DNA of 64,000 bases from Lingula anatina. Taxonomy: Eukaryota; Animalia; Brachiopoda. Position numbers and translations under genes: made by a program. The notes under the pieces were generated by a model that was given only the letters and a program-made list of their open reading frames with translations, did not search any database and was not told the DNA's origin. Shown in pieces: positions 1-30,625 of the stretch (the stretch's first letter is position 1; each line of letters opens with the position of its first letter). The DNA lies in assembly GCA_051362555.1 (NCBI GenBank), contig CM120649.1, forward strand, positions 3,038,001-3,102,000. The letters are read 5' to 3'.

Positions 1-3000
1 CTTTTTCTTCTCCAAAAGATTGTGTGTATTCAAAAGCAAACACTTTCCAAAGTTTTATGGACCGTTACATTTGACAGCCATACTTCGGGCGTGTTGAAAT
101 TTCGAAGAATATTCTTCCTTTGGTACAAATCTAGTGCTCATCACGTCTTAACAAATCCATCCATGGCAAAACGCTACGAGAACTCTGAATACAAAATAAG
201 CGCAAAAAGTATATCTTAATTATAACCTTTATTCGCATGTATTTCATACAACCACTTTTACTCAATATGTACTTTGTTCGTACATAAATAAAGAACAAAG
301 CCAGACTTTCTTAAATATTCAAGTTTAAACAGGAAATGCTACTGAGAAATTTTTAAATGCCGTCCCATTTAAAAGATGCACTCTCTCTCTCTCCACACAC
401 ACAGGTAATGTGATTTCTAAAGACTTATTTAGAGCCCTTAATCTCGCAGTTTTCTTCTAAGTGCTCAGGAACAACAGCTATTCCCAATGAACCGCAGGAA
501 ATGAAATGAACCTCTAAAGATCACAGTACTTGGTACAAATATGAAGGAAACTAAAACAGAACGAAACGAAAAGGATTAACCCTTGGGGGGAAAACTTTGT
601 GGGCACTATGCAAAAAGTACAGGTATGCATTTGCTCGTTTGAATAATTTCTTAACAATCTCTTGTAGAACCTAATTCGCCTGTGCCAACACTCACTCACT
701 GCACCCTTTCTCACAAAGAAAATATGTAAAACAATACAAATGCAGTTTCACTTGGCACGTAACGCACGTTGAGATGCTAAGTCCAATCGCTTGGACAACT
801 AGGCCATCGTATTCAATACCTAGCTGACAAAGAGTCAAATCTAAAATACGGGTCATTAGTTGCCTGATTGGATTAAGATATTTTAAACTTACTGGCATCA
901 TGTCAGCTAGTGGTTACCATGACATCATGGCCCCCGAGCGTGCTCCTACTTAACTAGATGAACTGATTAAAGCAGCAAAAACGACAGAATCTGGCAAGTC
1001 ATTATTTGAACGAGCACAATCCTTCATCACAGAATGCTTAAAAAGTGAATATTTAAACTTCGGCCACCAAAAAAAAAAAAGTTTTTGGCACCGACGGTAG
1101 CGTAGACAATTTCGGAAATCAACACGTGTTCCAAAATATTGCCCACACTTCATTGTATGACACTTATTCACCTCCCGATTCTGTGTAAAGAAACCACCTA
1201 CACAACCCAAATAACGGTGGTCTTCACAACAAGTGCAGCGGAAAAAAGACTGGTTCCATTGCATTATTTGGTCCTTTGGTACTCCAGACAAATAAATAAA
1301 AAAAATCACCGAGTTTCTGTGTATAAAAAAGTTAGGCAGTCGGTGATTTTTATGTGAACATTTCACGGATGGAAATAATGCCCCATAAGAAAACTACCAC
1401 CAACTGCTATTAACCAGCGTATACATACACTTATAAATAATAAATAACTTAATGACAGGATTATGAAACTGCTTTGGTTTAGTATTAATTGATAGCGTTT
1501 TATGCCCTTGTTGCGCCATAAAACATATCCCAAACTTTGTTTCTATTCCTCAATAATGAAAAGTTTATAATTCATGTTGAGATTTCTTGTGACATAACTA
1601 ATAACGAAATTCATAAATAAAAACCTGCAGTAGTCAATTCCGACTACCCAATGCGACCATATCAGTAACCAAGACTTCAGTAACCATGGCAAACACATAG
1701 CAACCAATTCAACAATATCATAATTTGCATGCATGAACTGCATATCAAATGAGATGGTATAAAACTTGCAGGAATGACTTTATATCAAAATGAGTAGTCT
1801 TTCTCTAAATTCAGATCTTGAATGGCACAAACTTGAGAAAATCTCTTTGCCCTTCAATGCGTGTGTGAAATAAGGAGGTATGAATTCAATCAGAACCAAA
1901 AAATTACTTTCAGTTCGTGACATCTATAACATTCAAAACATATTACATACCACTGACAAAAGCAATTTTGTACCAATGGCCTACATTGAAAAGCAAGGAC
2001 AATTATCCCCTATTTCTTTACCTTTTACAATTGCTGGAATGTCTTAGAACAGATTACCGCTGCAAGACGGCTGGCCTTGCATTCTATCAAACCAAGGTTG
2101 CAGCTGCCTCATCCACACTGCAACCAACAGCTTGCTATCTATTATTGAACCCAATTGTTATCAAATTTTTCAATTGATCATCACCAGCACGTAAGGAGCG
2201 CATGGTCCTTACTCCATTAATACAATCTGAATAGATAAATTCAGAAACTTAACTGTGTCAGGCGACTGCATTGTTATGTGTCAGATGATGTATAATCTTG
2301 AAAAAAAAAAAAAAAAACTTTGAAAATGTTTAGCAATTGCTGTATCACACTCACTATACAGCTTGTGGTATACACCTATAGAAAATGAACACATTTCAAG
2401 ATATTGCCATCCAGAATGATCGTATTAGTGACCAAAATGATCCGAAAAAAGCAATTGGCTTAAGTGCAAGACCAGTACTTTTCCAATCCAGTTAAGTGAT
2501 TACTCCAGCAAGATCACGTCTAACTTACAAGTGTCCATTTCATTTCCCTTTAAATAAATAGCATAAGTAGTATACAAGCCTTCTCAAAGTAGACCCCAAC
2601 TCACTTACTATGCTAGCAGAATTCTTCACAGTTACCACTGGAGGCCATAGTACAAGTAGATGACTTGAGATCAATAATAAAGCCCCTGTTATGAAAATTC
2701 ACTCTATAAGAGCTGGTTAAAACATGTCTTACAACATTCTAATTCTGGAGCAAGCACCAATAAGTACTGGGTCTTAACTGACCCGACATGGACATAATAT
2801 ATTATCCATCTAACAAGTTTTGTCCTTTTGACACTACAACTAATATCGAACAGCAACATCTAAATACCAAACCATACTATGAGCAACATTTAAGCCTACC
2901 AACTGAAATAGCTTAATGAATAAAATAAAATGCTTGCAATACCTTCCAATATTGACATAGAACTCACATCATTATGATCTTAACAATTCAAACTCTACAC

Positions 3001-4823
3001 AGTCCAGAGCAAGAATCTGGATTGGTTCTCCATAATTCTTCATATAAAACATTTCCTGAGTTATAACAAAAATGAGAAGTTTGATTATCTATTTGATATC
3101 TCTTTTAATAAATTTTTGAAGTAAGTAACCTCCTCCCTTCAAAATATATTGAATGGAAGACAGTCTTTTCTAGAAATCTTCTACAACTGTGTGTAGACAA
3201 CCCCAATTGGTGCTAGCTAGCAAACTCCAGAAATACTATAATGTTGAATGCAGAGATCCTTAACAAAATGCCCCTGCCACGCTACTCAAAATTGTGCAAA
3301 ACCTAGGACACCATCTCTGTTAAGAGACAAAATCTTCAACATCCTTCATAAAAAACTCTCATCCTATGCCTCACACAAATTTCCCTCAGTCTAATAGAGG
3401 CAACGTTTTTTAACTACAGTTTGACCCCAGTAGACCAAACTTGGTGTGCATCTTGTAATCAAATGACAACGAACAGGACGGCAAATGAAAATCTTCACAA
3501 ACTACTCAAATACACAACTAGAATAATAACTACACAATAGGAAAAAAGTCTGGCCTCTTTTTGTTTGAGGATAACATTTCTTTCCATAAAACCAGTGTTT
3601 TAAATAGTAAATATACAATACAATTGTCATATAAGTTGTTTTTACTTGTTCTTATTTTTCTTCTTCTTGCTTTGTTTAAGGTTACTTTGGTGGCATTCTT
3701 GTTTGTTTTTTTGGTCCACTTTGTTTGAATACTTGACACCCTGGGTTTGTTTACTTAATCAGCACTCGTTGGAGCGCTAAAAAATAGATCACCGATCGGC
3801 CTCAGTGACGCACTTAAATGTCCGCGTGTACGTTTCCCTTTGCACACGTCGTACGTATGTTTTTTTTTTTTTCGCCACTGATTCCAACCAAAATGGCACT
3901 TCTGTCTGTGTTGTCTGTCAATCCACAGAAGTCCCCAACTTAAAAGTCCTTTTGTTCTTCAGTTTTCACAGGGCACCCGTGATTTGCACGCTAGATTATG
4001 AACACTAGGATGATGACGAAGATGATGCTGGGAGCCCAGTGCTGGGGAAAGAAAGAAAGAAAAAAAAACTTCCAGAATAACATAAAATGACCTGGGAGTA
4101 AAGAAACAACCCACTTGTTTCCTATGTCTTCACACTTCTAAACAGAACGTGTTTTCCAAATCTACTTTCCAGATGAAATTTTTTGTCCAATCTTGGAATC
4201 CTCTCACGCTGAAGAAAATGGGATTCCAATCACAAATGGGTTGTTGATCCTTCAATAACTGACATCTCTGTCCATTAGGCAGGAGAGGGTCAGGGACAGA
4301 GAGCGAAAGAGGAGGGGTGACGCAGGATGTCAAACAATCATTTCTGACTTCACACAGAGAAGAGCGCCAGTACGCTCCCCATCCTGTACTGAGAATACGA
4401 GATCAAAGTATGCACCAAGCTATGCCACAAAAGGCAGCATGATCACCGGTAAACTCCCTTGTATAAAATGTCATGCCACCCAGTTGAAGAGAGCAAGGGG
4501 TTAAAGTCAAAACATCAACTATATATACATTTCAACATGTGATCGTAATGGCCTTCTTAGTTTCCTTCTTTGGCCAGCAGAACGGTTTGACAAGACGAAA
4601 GTCTTTAAAGCTTAAAAAGCTTTTTTATGCTCTTTTTTTTTTTCATCCCAAATGAGACACTGACCCAGCTGAAGAAGGAACTGAGAAGATTGCACAGTAC
4701 TTCCAAATGTAAACAGCTATGGTTCGAGTGAAGAGGGGGAGGGGGGAGGAGGGGTGGTGCAATAAAAACACTGGTCTAAACGTCTGTTATCCCCATCTGT
4801 AGTGGTTGTGCTCTCGTCCCTGC

Positions 4824-22576
<17,753 letters not shown>

Positions 22577-22619
22577 ATTACAAAATCTATAAGATGTTTC
22601 TTCACACGTTAAAGTGAAT

Positions 22620-23094
22620 CATAAATGAGTGCGCCGCACAAAGGGAAACGCACCTTATATAGTTCAGATCACGTGACCGGCGAGACACGGGAGTATTGAA
22701 TCTTCAGACAGCATTGATAATTTACTTTTGGGAGTTTATATATATATAATATCAATATACAATATATTAATAACTTAATTTAGTTAGATTTATCTGTAAA
22801 ATAAACATATAACTTCACTGTATATATTCACGTAAGATGTGAAATTTTAAATATGCTCTAAAAATAAATGCTCCCCCACCAAATCATGGTACTTTAAAGT
22901 CGTAAATAGACCGGTTTTGTCTATGTATTTCTGATCGTGAAATCTTATTTAGACGTTTGTATCTAACATAAATAAACAGCATCTTATTTCTGACATACAA
23001 CATTTACTTTTATTCAATGCAAAAGATATTTAAACCAGCAATGTCGTAAATTTTAACTCCTTTCCGGCCTCTTTAATCGGCCATCTTGACACAG
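22620..23094. promoter_or_regulatory. Divergent DDX3/RPL8 promoter region and RPL8 non-coding first exon
   Basis: Minus strand: TATATAA (22655-22661), Inr-like TCATTT (~22626) and palindromic E-box TCACGTGA (22669-22676). Plus strand: TCT/5'TOP motif CCTTTCC (23059-23065), ETS-like TTCCGG, YY1-like GCCATCTT (23080-23087) and donor CAG|GTGAGA at 23094. Confidence 0.7.
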
Positions 23095-23328
23095 GTGAGA
23101 ACCAACGTAGAATGGCCTTTGGAAAATCCATTAAATCACTCATACCCATTATACATCCGAACATATATTTCAGATAAATAAAAACCTAGGACACAGATGA
23201 AACCATATTGCAAATTTGTTTGAGAAAAACATTGCCCTGTTATGTGTTATTGGATTGTAAATGTGCCCGACCTGTAACGTGTTCCCGTCTGTGTTTAAAA
23301 ACGTATTTCTATTTCTTTTAGCCCAAGT

Positions 23329-24405
23329 ATGGGGCGTGTAATTAGAAGTCAGCGTAAGGGTCCTGGAAGTGTTTTCAAGGCCCACACTAAGAACAGGAAA
23401 GGAGCTGCAAGGCTCAGGCCAGTTGACTTTGCTGAAAGACATGGATACATCAAAGGAGTCGTGAAGGTAGGTAAAAACGAGCACAGGGCTTGACAAAAAG
23501 GGTGGGCCACTGGATCTGGGCCACTGAAAACCAACCTCGGGCCATTGAATCGATGGGGTCACTGGCCAAGGAGCGAGTAAAATGTCATGTGTCAAGTCAG
23601 CCTTGCAATATTTACCAGTATTGAAAAAAGTTAGTGTCAAGCCCTGAAGCAGAAAATGGCATATAAGTTTTTCAATACAGACTAATTCTGAATACAAATG
23701 CAGTGTTTTGCTCATTACAGAGTATAGTCAGTGCATATCAGCATTTCGAAAAATGAAATTCAATTTGAATTTTTATCATTGCATAAAAAAAAGTGCTCCA
23801 GAGAAATGGCTTTGAACTTTAAGAAAGCCGTCTGTTACTTGTAAGTTTAAAATTGTTGTAGTGCAGTGATGACACTAAGTTCCAAAAAAGTTGTGACTCA
23901 CTAGTCAGAAGAGGTAAATTCTATGAAATCTGTCTGAGACTTTGAACAGTTTCTCATAGATTATTCGCCTTTTATAAAGCCATCTAGTAGTAACTTACCA
24001 AAAAAATCTTGTCTCCAATGTTTAAGTGAGGTTGATCAAGAAACTAGCATTTTTAGGTCCATTTTTTTGTTTGACAAAAACACTTGTGCTGTAATTTGAT
24101 TCATAAGTTCTTATATATTTTTCTTATCAGGATATCATTCACGATGCAGGCCGTGGTGCTCCCCTGGCCAAGGTTGTCTTCAGGGACCCCTACAAGTATA
24201 AACTGAGACAAGAGACCTTCATTGCCTGTGAGGGCATGTACACTGGACAGTTTGTGTACTGTGGAAAGAAAGGTGATTTGAAGTATTTCTGAATTTCTAG
24301 AACTTCTTAGGAAGTCATCTTTAGTTTGTGTGTCTGTGTGTGCTTGCGCAAAAATGTGATAAAATTGTGAAGAGAATGGTTTAAAGATAGGGTTGATAGC
24401 TTGTC

Positions 24406-24438
<33 letters not shown>

Positions 24439-27400
24439 TGTTATAAGAATCTCACCATGAATAAATCAAAAGGCAGTCTTGAAATGAAATTTAATTTTGA
24501 AAATGGAAAGACCATACCCGGCTGGTGGTACCTACCCAGGAGGAGGTAACCCCTCTGTGAACCTCTAGGAATAAAAGTGGAATGGCAATGATGAGTAAAA
24601 AAAATTTTCTTCACTTTGACCTGAATTTCATTGCTGACCTTCAGAGTTCTGAGCTATTCCAGATCTTTTTCACAGACGGTTCATTTTGATGAAATAAAAG
24701 ATGTGCTTGACAAAAAATTGTGAAATTTTACTTGTAGACAGACTTGGCATAGCTTTGCAATTAAAATTAAATTAGTGATGTTTTTGGTGTAGGTTGGTGC
24801 AGACTTCTTGTTTGAAGAATATATTTGCTTGCTAGGACGTCTATTTAAGAATGAAAATTATTGTGTTGTTGAATTTTCTGTTGCTTCATGCTCTCTGTAT
24901 CGACATTTCTTTTATCTTGATCTGCATATCCCAGCTGGCGGTACAACACTGGTGGTGGCTGCACTTCTCTCTGGGGTTGCGCTAACACTCGCCAATTTAG
25001 CCAAATGCTAAAACTGACTTCAACTGGCTAAAGAAAAAGGGCTTGATTTGACATGTTTTAGCCAAATTATAACCATTTTGGTAACAAATTGACAAAAATG
25101 TGGTGATTTGGCTAAGCGAAAAAAATTGCTAGCACTACTGCAGTCTCTTATTCACATCTAATAAATTGATTTATCTATTTTCAGCTGTTCTCCAGATAGG
25201 CAATGTCCTCCCTATCGGGTCCATGCCTGAGGGAACCGTCATCTGCAATGTAGAGGAGAAAGCTGGTGACCGCGGCAGGCTGGCCCGAGCTTCAGGAAAC
25301 TACGCCACCGTCGTCTCACACAACCATGAAACAAAGAAGAGTCGTGTGAAGCTTCCATCAGGGTCCAAGAAGGTGGTACCTTCAGCAAATAGGGCTATGG
25401 TTGGTAGGTTGTGGATTTTTTTTATCTCTGTGGACATGCGGCAGAGGCAATCATTTTGGTTAAAAAGATAAAAAAATGAATAGTTTATATAAAGAGTTTG
25501 CCCAAACATGTCATAGGTTGATTGAAATAATGTCTATGTATTAAAAAAAAAAAGAAAACTTGGCTAGATTTAATCTTCTGTTTGTTGGAACTCATAGTGT
25601 AGTACAATATTTTGTATTAGAGCCACTGTGTAGACAAAATGAGCATGGATTGTGTAAACGTGAACTAGCAGTGATGACAAACGAATGCCCCTGTCAGAAT
25701 ACCATGACGAAACCTCACTAGAGGTTAATCTGAGCCAGTTCACCATTTGAACTTCAAAATTGGACAATTCTTGATTTGTTTTTAGAAAAGTGAATATGAA
25801 TATTTTAATTATTTAAAGTGACTTTTGTCTTTTACTACAATCAGGCAAAGACCTATGACCCAGTCGTTTAGGGCCTTGAACACCTGACTGGCACATTGAT
25901 TTGATTGTTTACAATGTCGTTCTAAATTTTTCATTCAAATTTAGGCATAAACATTTTAAAACATTAACACAGTGGTATAGAATATTATAAAGTGCATTTT
26001 CAAAATGTGCATCCCCAAGTTTTTTTGGTTGAGACACCTTAGACTGACCACCCTCTTCATTTCAGGTATCGTCGCTGGAGGAGGTCGTATAGACAAACCC
26101 ATGCTGAAAGCTGGGCGAGCATACCACAAATACAAGGCCAAGAGAAACTGCTGGCCTAAGGTCCGCGGTGTGGCTATGAACGTAAGTGAACTTCGCTGCA
26201 GGTGATGGAAAAGGTTTTGAACGTTGTCAATTTTGCCGTTCTGACCCACCCGTTTGCCCGTTTTACTGATTTAATGTGTTTGCTATCCTGCATGTAGTGA
26301 CTTCAAATTTCAAATACAAACCATTATAAATTACTCCCTGTAACATATTTTCTAAACAAAAACAAACCTAAATCGACTTATTTGAATTCCAATGTAAAAC
26401 AACCAAGTGTATAACACAGCCCTCGGAGTTTATAACAGAGTGAGACTATTTTCACTAGAATTAACTGTCATCTGTCATGTTTTTTCAGCCTGTTGAACAT
26501 CCTCACGGTGGTGGTAACCATCAGCATATTGGTAAGGCATCCACAGTCAGGAGGGACGCATCCGCTGGTAAAAAGGTAAGACAAACTGTCTTGATTTTTG
26601 TGATACTTAGAACAGGGTGTACATTTTTGTAGAGAAATGGCTTGTTCCTATTTGCCTTGCCATTGCTGGCATTATTTTTAAAAAAAGTTATTTTCATCTA
26701 GAGCCAATGTCTTAAAAGAATATAGGCCGTAGGATGATCTAAGTAAATTTTCACTCTCCTCTGGACCAAAAAAAATAGAGTAGAAAATCGATTAGGTTGT
26801 AGACGTATATTTGAAGTGCTTGTTTGCACTAAAGTACGTCCCCCCCCCCCTTTTTCCAAAAAAAAAAAAAAAAAAAAAATCCAGTCTTGGAACCACAACA
26901 AACTTCAAACTTGGGTACCTTTTTGTAAAACTGAATCAAGTGGATTTCAGTTTGTTTTATGATTCAAGCAGTGATGAAAGCAAACCCATGTCTGATATTA
27001 CATGAAGACACTCGGTTGAGGTTTCTGAGCTGTGCCCCCAAGTCATAACATTTTGGCATCGTGTAATTCAATAGTAGAATATCCCAATCACTAAACACTT
27101 CCAAACTCCTTTAACAAGGATGTGATTTTAGATGGAATTACAGCCAACAAAAACTTAAATTTTAATCAAAAGTGCTGTGTTAAAAGGTTTATGGTTGTGC
27201 AGAAGCAATAAATGGATTTGATTAAACTTAAATGTATTAAATTTTACTATAAAGTTACACGACAGTACGATAACTTAGTAAGATGTGTTATATGAGACAA
27301 TACGTTTCTTAACTTTTATTTGGCAAACGATCCTCAGTAATTAATTACTGATGGATCCACATGTTAAATCGAATTCTAAATTGTGAATGTTTCCCCATTT

Positions 27401-27485
27401 TCAGGTCGGTCTCATTGCAGCCAGACGTACTGGTCGTATCAGGGGTACCAAGCAAATTACCGGCAAGGAAAACAAGAAAGAATAA
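23329..27485 (+). CDS. RPL8: 60S ribosomal protein L8 (uL2), 260 aa
   Basis: Exons 23329-23466 ([11 protein letters not shown]), 24131-24272, 25185-25403, 26066-26181, 26489-26575 ([15 protein letters not shown]) and 27405-27485 ([11 protein letters not shown]). They sum to 783 nt. ATTAAA at 27583-27588. Confidence 0.98.
23484..23646. mobile_element. hAT-like MITE in an RPL8 intron
   Basis: Perfect 12-bp TIRs CAGGGCTTGACA / TGTCAAGCCCTG. An 8-bp TSD is not recognisable. Confidence 0.65.
23861..23941 (+). ncRNA. Candidate orphan box C/D snoRNA
   Basis: C box GTGATGA at 23866-23872 and D box CTGA at 23934-23937 in an RPL8 intron. The terminal stem is weak and no target was recognised. Confidence 0.4.
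24578..24661 (+). ncRNA. SNORD37: Box C/D snoRNA, SNORD37 (U37)-like 28S rRNA methylation guide
   Basis: Terminal stem TGGAATGGC/GCTATTCCA. C box ATGATGA 24588-24594, D' CTGA 24621-24624, C' TGCTGA, D CTGA 24649-24652. The guide TTTCTTCACTTTGAC is complementary to conserved 28S GUCAAAGUGAAGAAA and matches the vertebrate U37 guide as recalled. Confidence 0.85.
25661..25742 (+). ncRNA. Box C/D snoRNA with an 18S rRNA antisense element
   Basis: Stem TGAACTAGC/GCCAGTTCA. C box GTGATGA 25671-25677, D' CAGA, C' ATGACGA, D CTGA 25730-25733. The guide ACGAATGCCCCTGT pairs with conserved 18S ACGGGGGCAUUCGU (one G-U pair). Confidence 0.8.
26967..27031 (+). ncRNA. Candidate box C/D snoRNA
   Basis: C box GTGATGA 26971-26977, D' CTGA 26992-26995, C' ATGAAGA, D CTGA 27025-27028, and a short AGC/GCT stem. 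GGTTGAGGT is a possible short 28S antisense element. Confidence 0.62.
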
Positions 27486-27638
27486 TTGCTTGAAATGCAA
27501 CATCAGAAACTGTGAAATTATTGCGTACATTATTACAGTGACAGAAGAGAATTTTGTCATATTTAAAAAGAAAAAAAGAAAAATTAAATGGTTTATACTG
27601 GAAGTGGTTGTTCTTGTTGTTTTGTCTTAGTCACACGT

Positions 27639-29373
27639 TTATTAGTACCACCAGCGTATACGCTGGCGGTACTCATGGTTTTAGTCCCGGCCCGTCTCGT
27701 ACAGCTCCGCCGGCTCCGCCGGCTCCGCAGTCGGGCGCCGGAAACAAGTCACCGTTACCGCTTCTCCTCCTAGACCGCAAAGACCTGTCCCCATCTCTTG
27801 GATTTAGGTCACATATAATCTCAACTTGAACCCCCTGGTATTTTTGTCTCAGTTGGTGCATTGGTCTGGGTGTGATGTTCACTGAAATGCACCCTTGTCA
27901 AAATTTTTGAAAATTTGATGCTAAATATCTCCCAAACTGAAGGAATTATGGAAAAAGTTACTATAGAGGTCTGACCAAAAGTCATATATGGAGTTTCCAA
28001 ATATGCCCTTGGATTTGACATTTGACCTTTATTTCAAGGTCAAACAGGCCAAAATTTTCTAAAAATGGGAATTTTCTGCAAAAAAAGAATTGTTTGTGCC
28101 AATTTTCAGAAACTACATAGACCTAAGCTTTCATATTACAGTGAGGGCTACTATTTAGGGACTCCCTTCATCTTCGTGGGTTTGGGGTCAATCGGTGCAT
28201 TTTCACGGGAGAAGCAGTCATTTGATGCCAAAACTAAAAACTCTGTAATTGTGGAACTGTTTACACTAGAGACGTCTTGTTTTTTGCATGAAGTACAGCT
28301 TGTCAAGCACAATACTGGAGGTGGTGTCCATTTTCTTATTTTCCATACGGTTTAGGAGTTGCACATTATTAAATAGTACAACAATGCAATATTCAGTAGT
28401 TAACATAAAATGAAAAAATACTCCCAAAATTAGCAGAGATACACCCATAGCATTTGAATAGGAAGTCATTAACTAGCAATCTAACTGTGACCTTGATATT
28501 GACCTTTGACCTACTTTTCATGATGAACTTCACTTTGCAAGTTTTCTGGTCCTTATATCATCAAAACTAGCAGAGATACACCCATAGTTACCATTGAACT
28601 TGAATAGGAAGTGATATACTGACAATCTTAGAGCACATTCCCATAGATTAAGATCGATCTTACTTGATCGACCTAACTCCCTGCAGTTAGCCGACCACAC
28701 ACAGAATTTAATTATCCCCTTACAGCTTTTAGTAGGCAGGACAGGCACTTAAGCCAGCTAAGCTGACAGTAATCTAGTGAGACTCCCCATGGGGATAGAT
28801 CGATCTAAAATCTGTGGAAATGGGGTCTTACTGTAACTTTGAAATTAGCCTTTGACCTTCAAATTGATCTGTGACCTACTTTTCATAATGAACTGCACTA
28901 AAAAAAAATTCACTCCCTTATATCTCCAAAACTGGCAATAGTTGCTATTGATCTTGAATAGGAAGTCATATACTGGGAAACTTTTACTTTGAAATTGACC
29001 TTTGACCTATTTTTCACCATGAACTGTAGTTTGCAAATTTTCCCACCCTTATAAAATATGCTGACAGAGAAATGCCCATAGTTACTATTGAACTTTACCC
29101 AAATATAAACAAACTTTGAAATATTGTTTCCATTACAGTTAGAGAGGAAGTCCTACATTCACAATGATACTACATCCTTGTATTTGACCTTTAACTTTTT
29201 CCCACCTGATTTAAAAATATAATAATTATCTATAAAAAATGATAACCCTTGTTTACTGCATTTCATGCAGCTTGTCAACCCCTCCCCCTTCTTTTTCCTT
29301 CCCATTCGAATGTGCTTACTCCAGCTGGTGGTACAATACCAGGAGGCGGTATCGCCTCTCTGATCCTCTAGTT
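27639..29373. mobile_element. HINE family 2, copy 2 (opposite orientation to copy 1)
   Basis: Hairpin GTACCACCAGCG-TATA-CGCTGGCGGTAC, GCTCCGCCG repeats, core repeats and end CTCTGATCCTCTAGTT. Absent from the duplicated segment (~35450). Confidence 0.88.
28631..28827. mobile_element. PIF/Harbinger-type MITE nested in a HINE core repeat
   Basis: Inverted homolog of 16470-16669. It interrupts the core repeat at ATCTTA|CTGT with TTA duplicated. Confidence 0.75.
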
Positions 29374-30064
29374 TAGGAACTGAGGACACGCAAACTTGTC
29401 ATTTATCTGCAATGAATAGGCTCTTGAAATTATAATCACAATTATGAGTTAAACCAGTTAACCGGTCCAACTTTATAAACCCGATATTTGAATTGCCCTC
29501 CATTACTATACACATTTGCCGTCATCCAAGCGTCCAGAAATTGACGGCTACTTCATCCTGTCCATCTCCCTAACCATTAGAAGTCACTGGAGACTAGCCC
29601 CAACACGATATTGTCTGCAGGTCGCTGGAGTTTCCAAGAACGAGACATGCTGGTGATAAAGATAAGTTCCCAGAAAGTTCATGTGCATATCTCACTCTTA
29701 CACGCAAAAATATAGTATGATAAGTATAAACACAACATTTGGGAAACCAACGTGTTGTTTTTTGGGCAATAGCCTAATGAGATGTTTTTCATCTACATCA
29801 TTGAAGCAGAAGGGGCCCCCGAGTCCATTTCCGTGCTCCTTTTTGGGTACAATCATCATGCTTTTGAATATTGTTTTAAGTTCTTTTAGAGAATTCTGTC
29901 AAGGCTTTTCAGTGGCATAGTTAACACACAGTGAACTGCAAATTATATCTCTTCTATATGCCAGCATCATAATATCTTTATTCTTGCATATAATCCCATG
30001 CAGACTTTATATTACATGCCGTTATTTTGCCGTTGTCTTCTATAATGCAAGCATAACAGACAGA

Positions 30065-30625
30065 TTAAACAAAATCCCCACAGAAAATGCAGAAATAGTT
30101 CAGAAGGTAACGGCAGAGCGTTCCAGGCTTTATAGCGTCCCCATACGTTTTCGACAATCTGTTATATAGATGCACAGCAAATGACTCTTCGTTTACTGTG
30201 CCATTATCAAGGAAACATTCTCGTGTAACATTAGGCCACTCAATAGGATAAAACGATTGCCGATACAAACGTCTGACTATGCACGACTCTTCTTTGGATA
30301 GATCTTAGTAACTGCTGACGTCACGAGCCACGCGCGATGTTTTTTCGCCGCGCGGGTGAGAAGACTCGGCCCATTTGCCCCCCAAACGCTCTGATTATAG
30401 TGAACTAGGTAATTTTTAAAACAATCACGGAGAAATGGAGACTCACAACATGAAAACGGGTAGTGTGGTCTGATCTACCGGTGAATTCAGGATCATTCGG
30501 TGCCGAGTCTGGTAGTTGAGTAGGTCTGTCTACTTGAAAACCTGCTTCAGTGAACTCAGAAAACGCCTTTTGTGTCAAAGCTCAGAATGCGCACACTCGC
30601 ATTTGGATGGTGGAAAAAATATACT
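30065..30625 (-). pseudogene. Decayed C-terminal GT32 domain of glyco-enzyme copy A
   Basis: Lies after a premature TAG. It has a 5-nt deletion near 30580, and 300 bp including the DxD motif (36576-36875 in copy B) are replaced by an unrelated filler at 30440-30528. The tail ...NYFCIFCGDFV* is still recognisable. Confidence 0.85.

Noticed and set aside
22-4333. Short ORFs in the first 4.3 kb
   Set aside because: Low-complexity, AT-rich translations without motifs. The region is better explained as DDX3 3'UTR or intergenic DNA.
23170-23715. 181-aa minus-strand ORF
   Set aside because: Antisense shadow of an RPL8 exon plus a MITE, with no recognisable motifs.
25837-25916. Hairpin followed by ACA (H/ACA-like)
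   Set aside because: No 5' hairpin or properly placed H box was found, and the intron already holds a C/D snoRNA.
26200-26270. Fifth C/D snoRNA in RPL8 (GTGATGG...CTGA)
   Set aside because: Imperfect C box, only ~20 nt from the donor site, and no convincing stem or guide.
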